In this document: positions 49,349 to 62,399 of the stretch, in pieces
Numbering within the stretch: position 1 is the stretch's first letter
Layout of the letters: each line of letters begins with the position of its first letter
Assembly: GCA_951406725.2 (NCBI GenBank)
Contig: OX597841.1
Location: forward strand, 14,694,001 to 14,758,000
DNA: 64,000 nucleotides
Reading direction: 5' to 3'
DNA from: Octopus vulgaris
Lineage: Eukaryota
Program-made: the position numbers and the translations under genes
The notes under the pieces: model-generated
What the model was told of the DNA's origin: nothing
Database searches by the model: none
Seen by the model: only the letters and a program-made list of their open reading frames with translations

Positions 49349-49996
49349 GTAAATATGACCCCTTTATGTTCTTATTTTCTTCAGGTCGAGTAGCCCATCC
49401 CGCTCAAACGGTCCCCGAATAAGGGTTGTTTAAAGATGTTGAACGAAACACCCATGTTTCCTGAGGTGAACTATTCAAACCCCATGGAATCCCTCTCAAC
49501 ACATGGCTATGATGCTCCCCCACTACTTCTGCTCGTGATCAGAGATGCAGATATCGTCAGCCACTAAGGGACATGCTCAACTGGTTACGGTCAAGCAACT
49601 GACAAGAAAATCTGTGGTATTGAGCAGAATATTTGCTGTAGCCCATCTTTTATACGAAGACAAAACAATGTACATGATGACACTTCCAATCAGTTAAGAT
49701 CAGAAGCCATGAGAGTCACTGCCTGGTACTGCATCAGGAGCCATGAGAGCCACTGCCTGGTACTGCATCAGGGCATTTATTATTATTATTATTATCATCA
49801 TTGTTATTATTATTATCATTATTATTATTATCATTACTATTACTATCATTATTATTGTTATTACTATTATTATTATTATTATTACTCTTATTATTATTAA
49901 TATTATTATTATTATTATCATTATTATTATTATTATCATTACTATTACTATCATTATTATTGTTATTATTATTATTATCATCATTATTATTATTAC

Positions 49997-50029
<33 letters not shown>

Positions 50030-50074
50030 GAACATAATTAATTTTTGTTATTCTGTCCTTTGTTGAATATCCAG

Positions 50075-50286
50075 CAAGAAATGAAGTTACAAATATTTTC
50101 CTACCTCGGAGCCAAGGACCTTTCCACATGCGCACACGTGTCCAAACACTGGCAGTGCCTGACCTCTTTGGATTTCCTGTGGTGCCGTTTACTCGTGAGG
50201 GACGTCGACAAGTGGAACACGATTAGCCACGACACCAACCCGAACTTATACAAAGAACTTGATCCACACTGGACTTGTAAGAAAAT
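50075..50286 (+). CDS. FBXO4: FBXO4 exon (F-box)
   Basis: QEMKLQIFSYLGAKDLSTCAHVSKHWQCLTSLDFLWCRLLVRD F-box; phase 0->2. Confidence 0.88.
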
Positions 50287-50879
50287 GTAAGTTTCTGAAT
50301 ATGAGAGTTGGGGTTTGGGAGTGGGGTGGAAGCATGACCACGGATTCACATCCGTGGGGTTCTTAGTTCAGTCCTACCATTGGGTATGTGTGTGAGGAAA
50401 GGGGTGCCTTGGGTATATAAGTGTTTGACCAATTTATCTTTGACCAAAGTTTTGTGAATAGGTATTTCGTCTGCTGCTACGTTCTGAGTTCAAATTCCGC
50501 CGTGGTTGACTTTGCCTTTCATCCTTCCAGGGTCGATTAAATAAGTACCAGTTATGCACTGGGGTCGATGAAATCGACTTAATCCGTTTGTCTATCCTTG
50601 TTTGTCCTCTCTGTGTTTAGCCCCTTGTGGGTAGTAAAGAAATATGTATTTCGTCTGTTGTTACGTTCTGAGTTCATATTCCGCCGAGGTCGACTTTGCC
50701 TTTCATCCTTTTGGGGTCGATAAATAAAGTACCAGTTTCACACTTGGGTCGATGTAATCGACTTAATCCCTTTGTCTGTCCTTGTTTGACCTCTCTGTGT
50801 TTAGCCCCTTGTGGGTAGTAAAGAAATATATATTTACTTACATCTTACTTTTTCTCTTTTATTCCTAAATCGTCTCCAG

Positions 50880-51091
50880 TTACCGACAATGCTGTCCAGC
50901 CTTGCAGAAACCAAAATCTTCAGGATGGAACCTCAATTCTTTACTCTCGTCATTCTTCCACATGAACACCCCCAAGATTGGAATCTTTGGACCTGGTCTC
51001 GAATCGAAAACCAGCAAGATTATCACTCACATATTATCAGATCCTACCAAAGTCTTCAAGCAGAATGGTGTCGTTCCAGGTTCATTTTCCG
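50880..51091 (+). CDS. FBXO4: FBXO4 exon
   Basis: IYRQCCP...PKIGIFGPGLES, motifs characteristic of FBXO4 (YRMCCP, FGPGLE); phase 2->1. Confidence 0.85.
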
Positions 51092-51598
51092 GTAAGGGAA
51101 GTATTGCAGGTACATGGCTCAGAGGTTAGAACATCAGGATTGCAATCATGAGGTAGTGAGTTCAATTCCCGAACCGGGCTGTGTGTTGTGTTCTTGAGCA
51201 AGACACTTTATTTCACGTTGCTCCAGTTCACTCAGCTGTAGAAATGAGTTGTAACATCACTGGTGCCAAGCTGTATCGGCCCCTTTGCTTTTTCTTTGGA
51301 TAACATTGGTGGCATGGAGAGGAGAGGCCGGTATGCATGGGCAACTGCTGGTCTTTCATAAACAACTTTGCCTGGACTTGTGCCTTTCTAGGTGCAATCC
51401 CATGGTCATTGACGACAGAAAATTGCACTACTGGGCACTGCACACATCCTACGTAAAACACTTTCAATACAGTAAAAATAAGAGCTCTACAACAAACCAC
51501 AACACATACCCAAGGCACACAGAGCTGTGCTTGGTAGTGAAGTGAAAGCACGATATAAAAATAAAACTACTGAAAATAATAATAATAATAATAATAAC

Positions 51599-51635
<37 letters not shown>

Positions 51636-52188
51636 GCCCTGATGCAGTACCAGGCAGTGGCTCTCATGGCTTCTGATCTTAACTGATTGGAAGTGTTATC
51701 ATGTACATTGTTTTATCTTCGTATAAAAGATGGGCTACAGCAAATATTCTGCTCAAAACCACAGATTTGCTTGTCAGTTGCTTGACCGTAACCAGTTGAC
51801 CATGTCCCTTAGTGGCTGACAATATGTGCATCTCTGATCACGAACAGAAGTAGTGGGGGAGCATCATAGCCATGTGTTGAAAGGGATTCTTTGGGGTTTG
51901 AATAATTCACCTCTGGAATCATGGGTGTTTTGTTCAACATCCTTAAACAACCCTTAATCAGGGACCTTTTGAGTGGGATGGGTTACTTGACTTGAGAAAA
52001 TTCTAACTGGGCCCCACTTGCAAGGTCATGTGCTGTTTATCTTGATATGAGATCACCATGTCACGCACATATGGTTGTGATGCATGTGCCTGGTGTACCC
52101 TTATCACACGGGTAGTCATGATGGGTATACTGGGCTTCGTATATTTTACCCCAATGTCACTTTGATGGCATGCATTGCTCTCTCACTC
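51636..52188 (+). mobile_element. ~550-bp non-autonomous element flanked by (AAT)n; partial copies at 11484-11645, 34470-34808, 49389-49776(-)
   Basis: Same sequence recurs in the window; intact termini abut (AAT)n tracts. Confidence 0.75.
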
Positions 52189-52443
52189 AATGATAATAAT
52201 AATAATAATAATAACCTTTTCTACTGTAGACACAAGGCCTGGAATTACTTCAACCCCATTGCGTAACTGGTACTTTTTTTCTCAATCCTGAAATTATGAA
52301 AGGCAAACTCGACCTTGGTAGAATTTGGACTCCAAACCTAAAAATGGACAAAATGTCACTCAGCCTTTTGCCCTGCATGTTAACGATTTTGCCAGCTCTC
52401 CATCTTATTTCTGATGCTAATGTTGTTGTTGTTGTTTTAACAG

Positions 52444-52650
52444 GTGTTGGTTCCTTTTTCCTGATGAGCATCAGTAACCTAACGTTTAGCTTAACGGTGA
52501 TGTATTCCTGCGCCAAGAAGGACCGGGAGAGAGCGGCCCGTCAGGGTCTGCAACAGCTCCGGCATCTGCCTCAGTCTGAACACCTCAAGGCCCTCTGTCG
52601 CAGTTTAGATGCATTCGTCTTTGTGGTGGACGCAACGGACATGCCTTCCA
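52444..52650 (+). CDS. FBXO4: FBXO4 exon (GTPase-like substrate-binding domain)
   Basis: GVGS...LTVMYSCAKKDRERA...LCRSLDAFVFVVDA resembles FBXO4 GIGSG...LYSTTRKERDRA...VDGFIYVANA. Confidence 0.85.
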
Positions 52651-54692
52651 GTAAGCACTTTCACTCTCTCTCTCTACTTTCACTTTCTTCACTTCTCATT
52701 TCATTCTATCACATCTTCTCTCTTCCACTTCGAGTGTGTGTGTGTGTAGTCTTTTACTCTTTTACTTGTTTCAGTCATTTGACTGTGGCCATGCTGGAGT
52801 AACGCCATAAAGGGTTTCAGTCGAAGAAATCAACCCCAGGACTTATTCTTTGTAAGCCTACGAGAGGACATAAACACACCAGCATCGGTTGTCAAGCAAT
52901 GGTGGGAGGGACAAACACACACACACATAAATGTATACACACTGGCACCCATGCCGGTGGCTTGTAAAAAACACCATTCAAGCATGGTTGATGTCAGTGC
53001 CGCCTGACTGGTTCCTGTGCCAGTGGCACGTAAAAAGCACCCACTCCACTCTTGGACAGGTTGGCATTAGGAAGGGCATCAAGCTGTAGAAACTTTGCCA
53101 GATCAGATTGGAGCCTGGTGCAGCCATCTGCTTCGCCAGTCCTCAGTCAAACTGTCCGACACATGCCACATGGAAAGTGGATGTTAAACGATGGTAATGA
53201 TGATGATGGGCTTCTTTCAGTTTCCGTCTTCCAAATCCACTCACAAGGCTATAGTAGAAGACACTTGCCCAAAGTGCCATGCAGTGGGACTGAACCCAGA
53301 ACCATGCGGTCGGGAAGCAAGCTTCTTACCACACAGCCACTCCTGTGTGTATATTCTCTTGCATGTTTCAGTCATTTGACTGTGGCCACGCTGGAGCTCC
53401 ACCATAACCTTTTGTTACCATATTTCTGTTGAGATGCTCTGTGTTTCTTTCAATTAATTTTAAATATAACAAAGAATTTAGTAAAATAACTTAGTCATCA
53501 TTAAGCTAGTGTTGGGAACATAAATTGTGGCTAAGGTTTGGTGGAAGATTTTAATTCAAAACTTATGAAAACAAGTCATTTGTATTACAGGGCCAGAAGT
53601 GGTTTCAGCCAGGTTGGCATCGAAAAGGTTAAGCAAACCTCTAATTTGGGCAGATGCACATTAGAAGCAGTTGGAAGGGTGTGGATTGAAGAATATTTAA
53701 GCTGTTATTTCTAGCATATACAGTGACCACATTGAGGTCTCCTTCTCTCATGTCTTCTGCTGATTATTTTTCTTCTTAACCCCTTTTGTTACCATATTTC
53801 TGTTGAGATGCTCTGTGTTTCTTTCAATTAATTTTAAATATAACAAAGAATTTAGTAAAATAACTTCGTTATCGTTAAGCTAGTGTTAGGAACATAAATT
53901 GTGACTAAGGTTTGGTGGAAGATTTTAATTGAGAACTTATAAAAACAAGACATTTGTACTCAGAGCCAGAGGTGGTTTCAGTTGGGTTGGTATTGAAATG
54001 GTTAAAATACCATAGAAAAGCACCCAGCCTTTTATTTACAAGTGTCATCATCATCATCATCATTGTTTAACATCTGCCTTCCATGCTAGCATGGGTTGGA
54101 TGATTTGACTGAGGGCTGGTGAACCAGACAGCCGCACCAGGCTCCAATCTTGATCTTGCAGAGTTTCTACAGCTGGATGTCCTTCCTAATGCCAACCACT
54201 CCGAGCGTAGTGGGTGCTTTTTACGTGCCACTGGCACAGGGGCCAGTCAGGTGGTACTGGCAATGACCTCGCTCGAATCTTTTTACACATGCCACCGGCA
54301 CAGTTGCCAGTAAGGCAAATGGTGTCAGTTGCCAGTAAGGCAAATGGTGTCAGTTGCCAGTAAGGCAAATTCTTTACAAAGAATTTAGTAAAATAACTTT
54401 GGGATGTGTGTGTTGTAGGTTGCTTGAAGCATTGGAATATTAAAGAAGATAAAAAGAGTTTTATAAAATATTTATATTTCGGGCAAAGGCCCATCTTCAG
54501 AAGAAAGAATAGTCTGAGAAAAGTCCAGTTGTGTACCATATTTCTGTTGAGATGCTCTGTGTTTCTTTCAATTGATTTTAAATACAACAAAGAATTTATT
54601 AAAATAACTTTTAAAACTAAAATAACTAATTAAAATAACCATGTGGTTGATAAGAATGCATTATGAATTCTTTGCTTTTTATCTCTCGTTAG

Positions 54693-54922
54693 TGCAATGG
54701 GCTGGAACCGAGTTATTTAACATGGTTAACGAGAAAAGCTCATCCTCACAGACGCCAGTTCTTGTGTTATGCTGTGTTCCAGAAGATTCCTCTGAACAAG
54801 TGACCTCATCATCATCATCATCAACATCATCAACATCATCGTCATCGTCATCGACGCACACAATGACATGTTTTGAGGTGGTCAACTCTCTTCAATTAAC
54901 CAAACTTATTAAACCATGGCGG
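54693..54922 (+). CDS. FBXO4: FBXO4 penultimate exon; last exon not located in window
   Basis: PVLVLCC...MTCFEVVNSLQLTKLIKPWR|gtaagt resembles FBXO4 LLVLSC...MPCFYLAHELHLNLLNHPW. Confidence 0.82.
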
Positions 54923-55599
54923 GTAAGTGTACTCTCTTTACTCTTTTACTTGTTTCAGTCATTTGACTGCGGCCATGCTGGAGCACCGCCTTTAGTCGAG
55001 CAAATCGACCCCGGGACTTATTCTTTGTAAGCCCAGTACTTATTCTATCGGTCTCTTTTGCCGAACCGCTAAGTGACAGGGACGTAAACACACCAGCATC
55101 GGTTGTCAAGCAATGCTAGGGGGACAAACACACACACACAAACATACACATACACACACATATCTATATACATATATACGACAGGCTTCTTTCAGTTTCC
55201 GTCTACCAAATCCACTCACAAGGCATTGGTCGGCCCTGGGCTATAGCAGAAGACACTTGCCCAAGGTGCCACGCCATGGGACTGAACCCGGAACCATGTG
55301 GTTGGTTAGCAAGCTACTTACCACACAGCCACTCCTGCACCTATATACTTATATTATATTTATATTTTATGGATTCACTTGGAGTCAAGCATTTTCTGAA
55401 GAATACTGCCGTTGGTTTTTAGGGTTCCAACTAATCTTGTTCTCATCCATTTTTTACCTTTGGACCCAAAGAGCCAAGTGAAATTACACTCATGACCGAT
55501 TCTAGTGTCACATAACAGGCACTCGTACTGATGGCATATAAAAAGCACTTTTGGAGCGTTGGGCCATATGGTTCCCGGTTCAGTCCCACAGTGTTACAT

Positions 55600-55816
55600 C
55601 TGACCAACTGACCATTCAAGTTACAGTTTTCCAACTGACCAGTCAGGTTATAGATTTTCAACTCACCAATCAGGTTACAAGTTTCCAACTAGCCAAGCAG
55701 GTTATAGATTTCCAATTAGCCAATCGAGTTTTCCAACCGACCAATCAGATCATAGGTTTTCAAATAGCCAATTAAATTATAAGCCAGTCAGGTTACAGGT
55801 TTCCAGTTAGCCAATC
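55600..55816. repeat. Degenerate ~27-bp tandem repeat rich in CCAAT
   Basis: ~8 units like ccaactgaccaatcaggttacaggtttt. Confidence 0.7.
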
Positions 55817-55857
55817 CTTTCCTGAGCTGGTTAAAAGGAACTCACCAGTTCTGTATT

Positions 55858-58800
55858 AATAATAATAATAATAATAATAATAATTGTGTACAGTGCTCAG
55901 GTGCACTACAACTCATCTAAAGTGTATATATAATCAGGTGTAGTTTCGGCGGATTTCGGAAAGTATGAGGGCCTTAAAAGATGCAGTGTCATGGCAGTCA
56001 ACAACTGACGCAGGCAGTTTATTCCATGCTTCAGCAACTCTGAGCGTGAAAAAATGTTTCCGAAAGTCATGGGAGCTGTATTGTTTTCTGACTTTGTAGG
56101 CATGTCCACGTGTGTTAGACACATGGAGATCAAAAAGGTGTTCAGTGTTGTTGTTGGTGAGGTGGTTGATAACTTTGTGGGTGTTTACCAAGTCCGTCGC
56201 CAAACGCCGGAGCTTCAGTGAATCCATGCCCAGGGAAACAAGGCGCTCAGAATATGGTAGGTGTCTGATGGAAGGTATGCGTTTGGTTGCACGTCTCTGG
56301 ACAGATTCCAGGAGGTCAATGTTCTGTGCAAGATAGGGGTTCCAAACTGATGATGCGAATTCCAAGTGTGGTCGTACCATAGCTGTATACAGTTTTAAAT
56401 AGATGGCTGGAGAGCGGCTAACAAAAGACCTGCTGAGTGATGCCAAGACACCCTCGGCCTTCCTGACAATCTTAGAGATATGCTTTGACCAACGCAAATC
56501 ACTGCTGACAGTGATGCCTAGGTCACGCTCACAAGAGGATTTCTTGATATCAGTGTTGTGGAGGGAGTATGTGAACGCAGGGTTTTTTCTCCCAAAATGC
56601 ATGGTGGTACACTTGTCCACAGCCAGTTTCAGTTGCCAGTCTGTGATCCATTGCTGCATTGTGTCTAGGTCTGATTGCAGGAAAGAGTTGTAGACATCAG
56701 GATCTGTCCTCTTGATTTCAAGGTACAGCTTGATGTCGTCTGCATATTTCAATACTGTGGCATTCTTTAAATTGGCATCTATGTCGTTAATGTATGCCAC
56801 AAACAAGAGGGGACCAAGGACAGATCCCTGTGGTACACCCGATGACATCTCATATGGTGTAGAGTGCTGTCCTAGAACTGTGACTACCTCCTTTCGGCTG
56901 AGGATGAAGGATTTCAACCAGTTAAAAAGGTCATCCCCCACACCCATTGCAGAGAGTTTCACCATAAGCCTTTTGTGTGGCACAGAGTTGAAAGCCTTAG
57001 CAAAGTCAAGGTAGACAACATCCACCCATGAGCCACTGTCAGTAATCTGAGTAATGTCCTCAAGGAACTCGACAAGCTGGTCACTGCAGCTGGAGTTAGG
57101 GACAAATCCATATTGTGAGGGTCGGATGAGACTGTGAGAGCTCCAGAAGTTCCAGAGTGTTTCTCTGACACACGATTCCATCAGTTTTGCAATACAGCTA
57201 GTGAGACTGACTGGGCGATAGTTGACAGGTGATGTGCGGTCGCCCTTTTTGAACAGAGGAATGACACTGGCAGTTTTCCACTGCTCCGGAGTAGCACCAT
57301 TGTTGAGACAGTACTGGAAGAAAATAGAAAGCTGGTGTAAAAGGAAGTGCCTGCCACGTTTGAGAAGCAGGTATGTAACTCCATCGAGACCAGGGGAGGC
57401 ATAGTTGCGCTTATTTTGAAGGTGACGTCGCAGCATTGCAGTTGTAAATTCCATAGTTGTTATGGAGTTTGCTGTTAGTGATGGTGAAGATGGTACATTT
57501 TGACTTTCAACAGTGAATATGTTTGCATAGCACTCGGCAATGAGTTCTGCGCATTCCTTGGGGTCGTCAGTGATCTGGTTTGTGTGAGGGTTGCGAAGAG
57601 GGCCCACTGGAGAGTGAGGTCTCTGCTTTGAGTGCACATATTTCCAGAAAACCTTGCTGTCAGGATTGGCTGCTATGCACTGTTCAAATTCAAGCACTGC
57701 CTTTTTTGTCACCTGCTTGAGATGGTTGGAGGATTTATTCCGCTTCTTCCTGTTGGTGTCTGATTTATGCAACCTGTATTCCCGTTCAGCAGTCCGACGT
57801 TCCCTCCTGGCAAGTCGGACCGCTGAAGTTTCCCAAATTGCCCTTTTGGGGCGGTTCTTCTTTTTTTGTTTACGTGGCACTGATGCTGCACATGCTGCCC
57901 ATATTGAGTCCAGGATACTCTGGAGTATAGTATTCACATCTCCAGAGTTGTAGAATTCACGCCAGTTTGGGCGCTGTAGTTCAGTGTGGTACAGGTTCCA
58001 ATCTGCTCTCTTCCAATCGAAGGAAGCAGATTGGAGATGGTTCAGGTTTTTGTTGCCCGCAAGAGCCAGATTGGCGATGATCATAGCATGATCAGAGTCA
58101 CCTAGAGGTTCCTCCGTAGTGCAATTGATAACTGCTTCAGGAGTTGTGGTGAAGAGCAGGTCCAAGGTGTGTGTTGGTGCTTTGTAAATGCACCCTTGCC
58201 TGTGGCATGTAAATAGCACACCCAGTACACACTGTAAAATGGTTAGCATTAGGAAGGGCATCCAGTGTAGAAATCGCCTGCAATAAACACATAAGTGGCT
58301 GTTTTCCTGGCAGCAGCTCGGAGGACATTGCAAAGCTGTGTGTCCCGATGGTAACTTGAGGGGACGATAAACAACGCCAAGCAGGAGTGTTGACATGGTC
58401 ATACGTTACACGTCACAGAAAAAAACTTCTTCTTGTGATTCGTTCAAATCGGCACAAGGAATTACCAAAAAATTTGAACGAACGTAGACCATCACACCAC
58501 CACCACGGCGGTTAGTGCGGTCCTTACGGAAGAGGTTGTACCCCGTAATGTTGAAAACCCCATCACAGAGTAAGGAATGCGCCCATGTTTCCGTGACAGT
58601 GATGAAGTCAGGGTCAACACTTCTGACGTAGGCGTTGAACAAATGTATTTTGTTGCATAAACTGCGAGCATTTAAGGACAACAATTTGTACCCTGCTTAT
58701 TTCCAGGTGTGCAGGTGTGCTATTGGTAGGATGGCAGGTTGTTCTGGCTTAGTTTCCCTGAGTTGCTGTAGTCTTTTTAGTTATTGTGGGTAGAGAGCAC

Positions 58801-59940
58801 TCAGACCAGCTGGTATCTCTCTTCCACGTTTCAGCAGTCTTGACAAATCTCCAGATTTGTCCATCTTCCTGAAGACTGAAGCTTTCCTGTAGAGCTGCGT
58901 TCCTATTCAGGGAAGCCACTACACGTAGCTTCGGACGTACATCGGACGGTAAGCCTGGGCGTGTTCGGAAGGTGGTCCGATTTTCCCGCCCAGCTTTAAC
59001 TGTGAAATCCCTTGACAAATGCTCAAATGTTTGTCCTCAGTGGGGTCCGTAAAAGACAACTTGATGAGCCTAGGTTTTGGGCCAGGTCGTCCAAGGCGGA
59101 TAACCCGTTGGGGGAACGCAGCCTAGGTCTTTGGCTGAGTTGGCAGCAAAAGCCTGAAGATCAGCCATGTCTTCTGGCACCCCAATGGCAATGACTTCAT
59201 GGGTGGCAGAATCCGCGGTCTTAAATGCGACAAGAGGTACAGGTACAGGGAGGTTCTTTAGCAGAGCATTCCGATAAGACCCCTCATTGTGGAGTCCAAC
59301 CTGAATGGTTGCTTTTATTCCTGCTAGTTGCAGTTCTGCAAGAACCGCACTGATCAATTGGTGTTGTTGTTGTTGCTGCTGTTGCTCTGGTTGTGGTTGA
59401 TTTTGTTGTTGCTGTTGTTGTTGTTGATGTTGTTGTTGCTGCTGCTCTGGTTGTGGTTGATGCTGCTCTGGTTGTGGTTGATTTTGTTGTTGCTGCCTGC
59501 TCTAGTTGTTGCTGCTGCTCTGGTTGTGGTTGATTTTGTTGTTGCTGCTGTTGCTGTTCCGCCTCCTCCACGGGAGTGGCATGGGGGGAGACACAATCGT
59601 CGGTTGTGGAGGCACGCAGGCCTGACACTGAAAAGTCCAAGATTTAAGCTGAACCAACTTCCAGAGTCTATCCATCATAGCATTATGATGGCTCTTTTTT
59701 TGGCCTGGGATCTTCTGAAAGTCCGTGGCACATTGGAGGCAGACAGAGATGAGACATGTCCCACATTCGACCCAGCGATTGCGGAACGTATTTTCGGGTT
59801 CCGTACAGATGTGGCAGGTGTGATTTTCTGGGCAGTGTTCTATTTTAGAGCAGCGACCAGTCTTATCGCACGCCGCTATGGATTTCACCATGGCGATTCT
59901 GTTGGTTCTGGTCATCCGTAGAGACAGAAAATGTAAACAA
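55858..59940 (-). mobile_element. Near full-length CR1-clade LINE, antisense in an FBXO4 intron
   Basis: ORF1 with PHD-type Cys cluster and Q/T-rich repeat (59915->58749, frameshifted); ORF2 APE (NARSL..K, VTETW, RGGGV, GDF, SDH) plus RT; (ATT)n 3' tail. Confidence 0.9.
55934..58684 (-). CDS. LINE ORF2 endonuclease-reverse transcriptase (APE part disrupted, RT part open)
   Basis: NYRPVSLTS, YLDFAKAF, GVPQGSVLGPLLF, YADD, LESVQRRATK, HFFTLRVAEAWN motifs. Confidence 0.88.
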
Positions 59941-62399
59941 CAATACGATAAAAGTAAAATATAAAATATTTGTTTTGATTCGTTCTTTTTTGTGTATATT
60001 CCTTTTTTTTCTTAAATATTGCGTGTGTATACATAAAAGTATTTGTGCGTATAGACACGGAGAAAGTTTGTAAACAGAAATGAAATTTTTGATTTTTTTG
60101 CAGTGTAGTCCGTCACATTAAATAGTGTGATTTATTTTCACTCTGCACGTATATACATGTGTGCTACAAGTATCTATGTATGTATGTATGTCACTGCTTT
60201 ATAAATTTTGGACGTACTTACTGTCGTTCAACGATTTCTTTTACCCTCAACTACACGTGATGAATTCTTCCATTGTAGATCTGTGGTGGTCATCGTCGTA
60301 ATATTTTCTCTTTAGTTTCCTCGCCAAATTGATTATACCCTAATCAAACCATTTGTTTGTCTACTTGTGAATGTGTCTTTGTTTTAGTAACATTGTATTT
60401 TCCTCCTTTTCCTTTTTCATATTATATGGAACTTCGGTGGACAGCTACTCTAAGACTCCAGCTGCCAGGTCGCCATCTTGTACGTATCCGATGCAAAATC
60501 CTGCCTAGTTAATCTGACTTCATCATGTATTTGTTCCTTTCAGAAGGTGCTCTAACCTACTGATCATATTATGTATATTTGTAATGGCTCTTATGTAAGT
60601 CCCCCTAGAAACTATAAAATCATAAATGTAATAGAACCTCTAACATTGCAACATATAAAATCTCTACTGTTTGAATACCTGCAACTGCACTCACAAATCC
60701 CGTACCTATTGCTTCTTCTTTTGGAGTTATCTTTATCTCTTTCGTACCTCAAGTTTTAATATCCAGTCTCTTTAAATGTAATTATATATATTTCTTATAA
60801 TTTTCTATAAAATCTTATTTTGTTTTCTTAATTTGATATACTCACCTATTAAGCTCTTCTCCCTATAAGTTGTTACTGTTCTAAGATAGAGATAGACACT
60901 TTCTAGTTAATTAAGTCTATGCGACATGATTATCCTATATCCATAAAAAACGTATAAATATTTGTGTATGTGTGCATACGTGCACATAGTTAAAAATGTG
61001 TGTGTATCTGTTCACAACATTATTTTTTCTGATTCTTGGCTTATAATTACTACATCGATAGTATATTTATCTGTCCAGTATTCCATAAGTAATGCCCAGA
61101 GCAATCTTTATAGAAACCGCCTAATAAGTAAATAATTAAGTACATCAATGAATATTAAACTGATTCTATGTAATCTTTCCCTTTTAGTGTTGAAAATTGA
61201 TATATATATATACACATTTTATCTATTTTGGTTAATGTATCATTTTTTATCATCTTGAATTTTACCTGAATACAACCTATCAATTTTGTTTATAAACAAT
61301 CACCTAAAGTACCCCATGATAAAATCTCCTCTCTATTAACATCACAGGTTTTATAAGTATCTTGCCCCTTTAACCGGTAATTAACACCATGATTTAGGGT
61401 CCCCTTTACCCAGCCACCTTTATTGACAGATATGCTACACGCAATTTACTACTAAACTCTTGACAATATTTATTACCATACCTAGCTATAAACTTGCTCT
61501 CTCCTTCATTCTAAACAGAGACAGTCCTCTAGGCTTAGATTTAGTAGTTGATAAAATAGATTAATAAAAATGAATCACGATCCTTTACGAGCTATGACCC
61601 CAGTAAGCTTAATGCATTTCTTGAAAGTGTAATATATTTTTAGCTACAATAGCGTTTACATGGATTTCTTTCATCTTCGTGCTCTGTTAAGGTATTTGAG
61701 TAAAATTATATTAATATGTCAGATTGATTAAAATTCTATCAACTTATTTGCGCAGCTGATGATAGCCCTGCATTTAAATTGATATAATGATTGCATTGAT
61801 CAATATATATATGCATATATATCACTTTTTATATTTTACTTGTTCTTGTCATTAAAATGGGGCCATGATGGAGCACCCCCTTCAAATTGCAGTCCAATGA
61901 ATTGCCAGTACTTTTTCTATCGTATCCCTTCACCGAACTGCTAGTTGGAGGATACAAACACACCAACACAAGTTTTCAAAAATCACATGGCCAGACACAG
62001 ACAAAATTCTGTTCAACAAACAAGAAACGAGCACTAAGACCGCGCTTTGGTCCAACCTTACTCTCATTAGGTAACTGATATGCCAAATTTTCCCATGATG
62101 GTTTCACCATCATAGGTTGAATTATGCCATACGATCTGCAACGTTGCACCTACTAACCGGCACTTTACATATAAACTTTCAACCCCAGAACACGGACCAT
62201 ACCTTCAAATCCACCACTGTATTTCTATGTAAATATAATGCGAACTACTGCCTGAAATTCACCCTTCCTGAAAAAACTCCTCCTGAGAACGACTATATTC
62301 ACCTATACACAATTGAACGAAATAATATTGAGCTTGGAATCCATCACGAGAATTCTCTAGATATGCTACACTAGCATTCTCATGTTTGGTCCTATCCCT

